Origin: Macrostomum lignano
Lineage: Eukaryota
Assembly (NCBI GenBank): GCA_002269645.1
Contig: NIVC01000662.1
Location: forward strand, 186,001 to 250,000
Length of the DNA: 64,000 nt
Direction of reading: 5' to 3'
Shown: positions 62,548 through 64,000 of the stretch, in pieces
How the letters are laid out: each line of letters begins with the position of its first letter
Position numbering within the stretch: the stretch's first letter is position 1
The notes under the pieces: model-generated
What the model saw: the letters and a program-made list of their open reading frames with translations, nothing else
Database searches by the model: none
What the model was told of the DNA's origin: nothing
Made by a program: the position numbers and the translations under genes

Positions 62548-63219
62548 GGGCCTGTACGAGCGAATGAATTCACAAAAATTTCCAAAATTAGAAGCGAGAA
62601 GATAACTGACTCGTTCAGAGTCGTAAATTTAGTCAATTTGCAGCTCAAAACCGGAGTCAAAAAGCCGCTTTGAAAAACCAATTAAGAGTGAGGCAGCAAA
62701 GCGAAGCGGATTGGACATTGCGCAGAGTCTGACATACGGGTGCGGACACTACCTTTGAGGTAATGGCCAAGTGGCGACCACCGGTGGTTATGGCGGACTA
62801 GCGCAGGGTTACCTGCCCTAAACTGAAACCCGCAAGCTGGACAATAAACAGAAATAATTAATTGCTCAGGCCATAAAGGATTGCACAGGCGGCCAGCAAC
62901 CCCCCCCCCCTCCCCAAATGCGTGGATATCATGCATAGCCTGCCCCAGGCTTGAAACAACACAGAAGCACGCGGTGCTGGGAACCCATAAAACTGGGTTT
63001 TTTATCTCCCCTCTCTCTGTCTCTCCCCACTGAGGCGAGGACCCGCCTCTATCGGATACTGAAACACTTGGATCACTGCTATAGATAAACAACTTTGATT
63101 TCAACTACAACTTCAACTTACCTTTAAAATTTCAAATTGAAATCAGCCGCATGTGGCACCACCTTCAGCCATGAGGGTAGACAGATGCCCATTGTGACAT
63201 TCTCACATTCTTTCCTATC

Positions 63220-63970
63220 TAAGCTGTGATTCTCTACCCTAATCTCAGCTGTGATTCTATAGCCTCATCTAAGCTGTGATTCTCTAGCCTCATCTCTGCT
63301 GTGATTCTATACCCTCATCTCTGCTGTGATTCTCTACCCTCATCTCTGCTGTGTTTCTCTACCCTCATCTCACCTGTGATTCTTTACCCTCATCAACCTC
63401 TGATTCTCTACCCTCATCTCACCTGTGATTCTCTACCCTCATCTCAGCTGTGATTCTCTACCCTCATCTCACCTGTGATTCTCTACCCTCATCTCAGCTG
63501 TGATTCTCTACCCTCATCTCACCTGTGATTCTCTACCCTCATCTCAGCTGTGATTCTCTAGTCTCATCTCACCTGTGATTTTCTACCCTCATCTCAGCTG
63601 TGATTCTCTAGTCTCATCTCACCTGTGATTCTCTACCCTCATCTCAGCTGTGATTCTCTAGTCTCATCTCACCTGTGATTTTCTACCCTCATCTCAGCTG
63701 TGATTCTCTAGTCTCATCTCACCTGTGATTCTCTACCCTCATCTCAGCTGTGATTCTCTAGTCTCATCTCAGCTGTGATTCTCTACCCTCATCTCAGCTG
63801 TGATTCTCTACCCTCATCTCACCTGTGATTCTCTACCCTCATCTCACCTGTGATTCTCTACCCTCATCTCTGCTGTGATTCTCTACCCTCATCTCAGCTG
63901 TGATTCTCTACCCTCATCTCACCTGTGATTCTCTACCCTCATCTCACCTGTGATTCTCTACCCTCATCAA
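63220..63970. repeat. 25-bp minisatellite
   Basis: Unit ctgtgattctctaccctcatctcag/cac. Confidence 0.95.
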
Positions 63971-64000
63971 TCTCTGATTCTTCACCATACTCTATTTTAC

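Overview
This is eukaryotic (metazoan invertebrate) genomic DNA. GC-rich spliced exons, GT-AG introns, poly-Q/H/A tracts and about one third minisatellite content suggest a free-living flatworm such as Macrostomum; that taxon call is an inference. Seven protein-coding loci are supported: a 3-exon Bak-like Bcl-2 effector, a GNB1L/ASA1-like WD40 gene with no in-frame initiator ATG, two convergently transcribed POU class IV (Brn-3/unc-86 type) genes, a 6-exon BARD1 (RING-ANK-BRCT2), a 3-exon multicopy neuropeptide-type precursor, and the 3' half of GALT. The window also holds an internally deleted mariner, a hAT-type MITE with an 8-bp TSD, a TTAA-flanked foldback element, CORE-like SINE copies and about 25 locus-specific minisatellites. 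Four observations stand out. (1) An unrecognised prohormone encodes ten non-amidated A(A/S)L(A/S)DF hexapeptides, His-rich spacers and a C-terminal pyroGlu/disulfide peptide. (2) One POU4 gene has its invariant POU-specific recognition helix (ICRFE) overwritten in frame by a 12-bp tandem duplication, next to an intact paralog. (3) The WD40 gene appears to need a spliced-leader or upstream exon to supply its AUG. (4) Sharply bounded CpG-erased domains include a CpG-decayed mariner. No database searches were run; homology calls rest on remembered family motifs.
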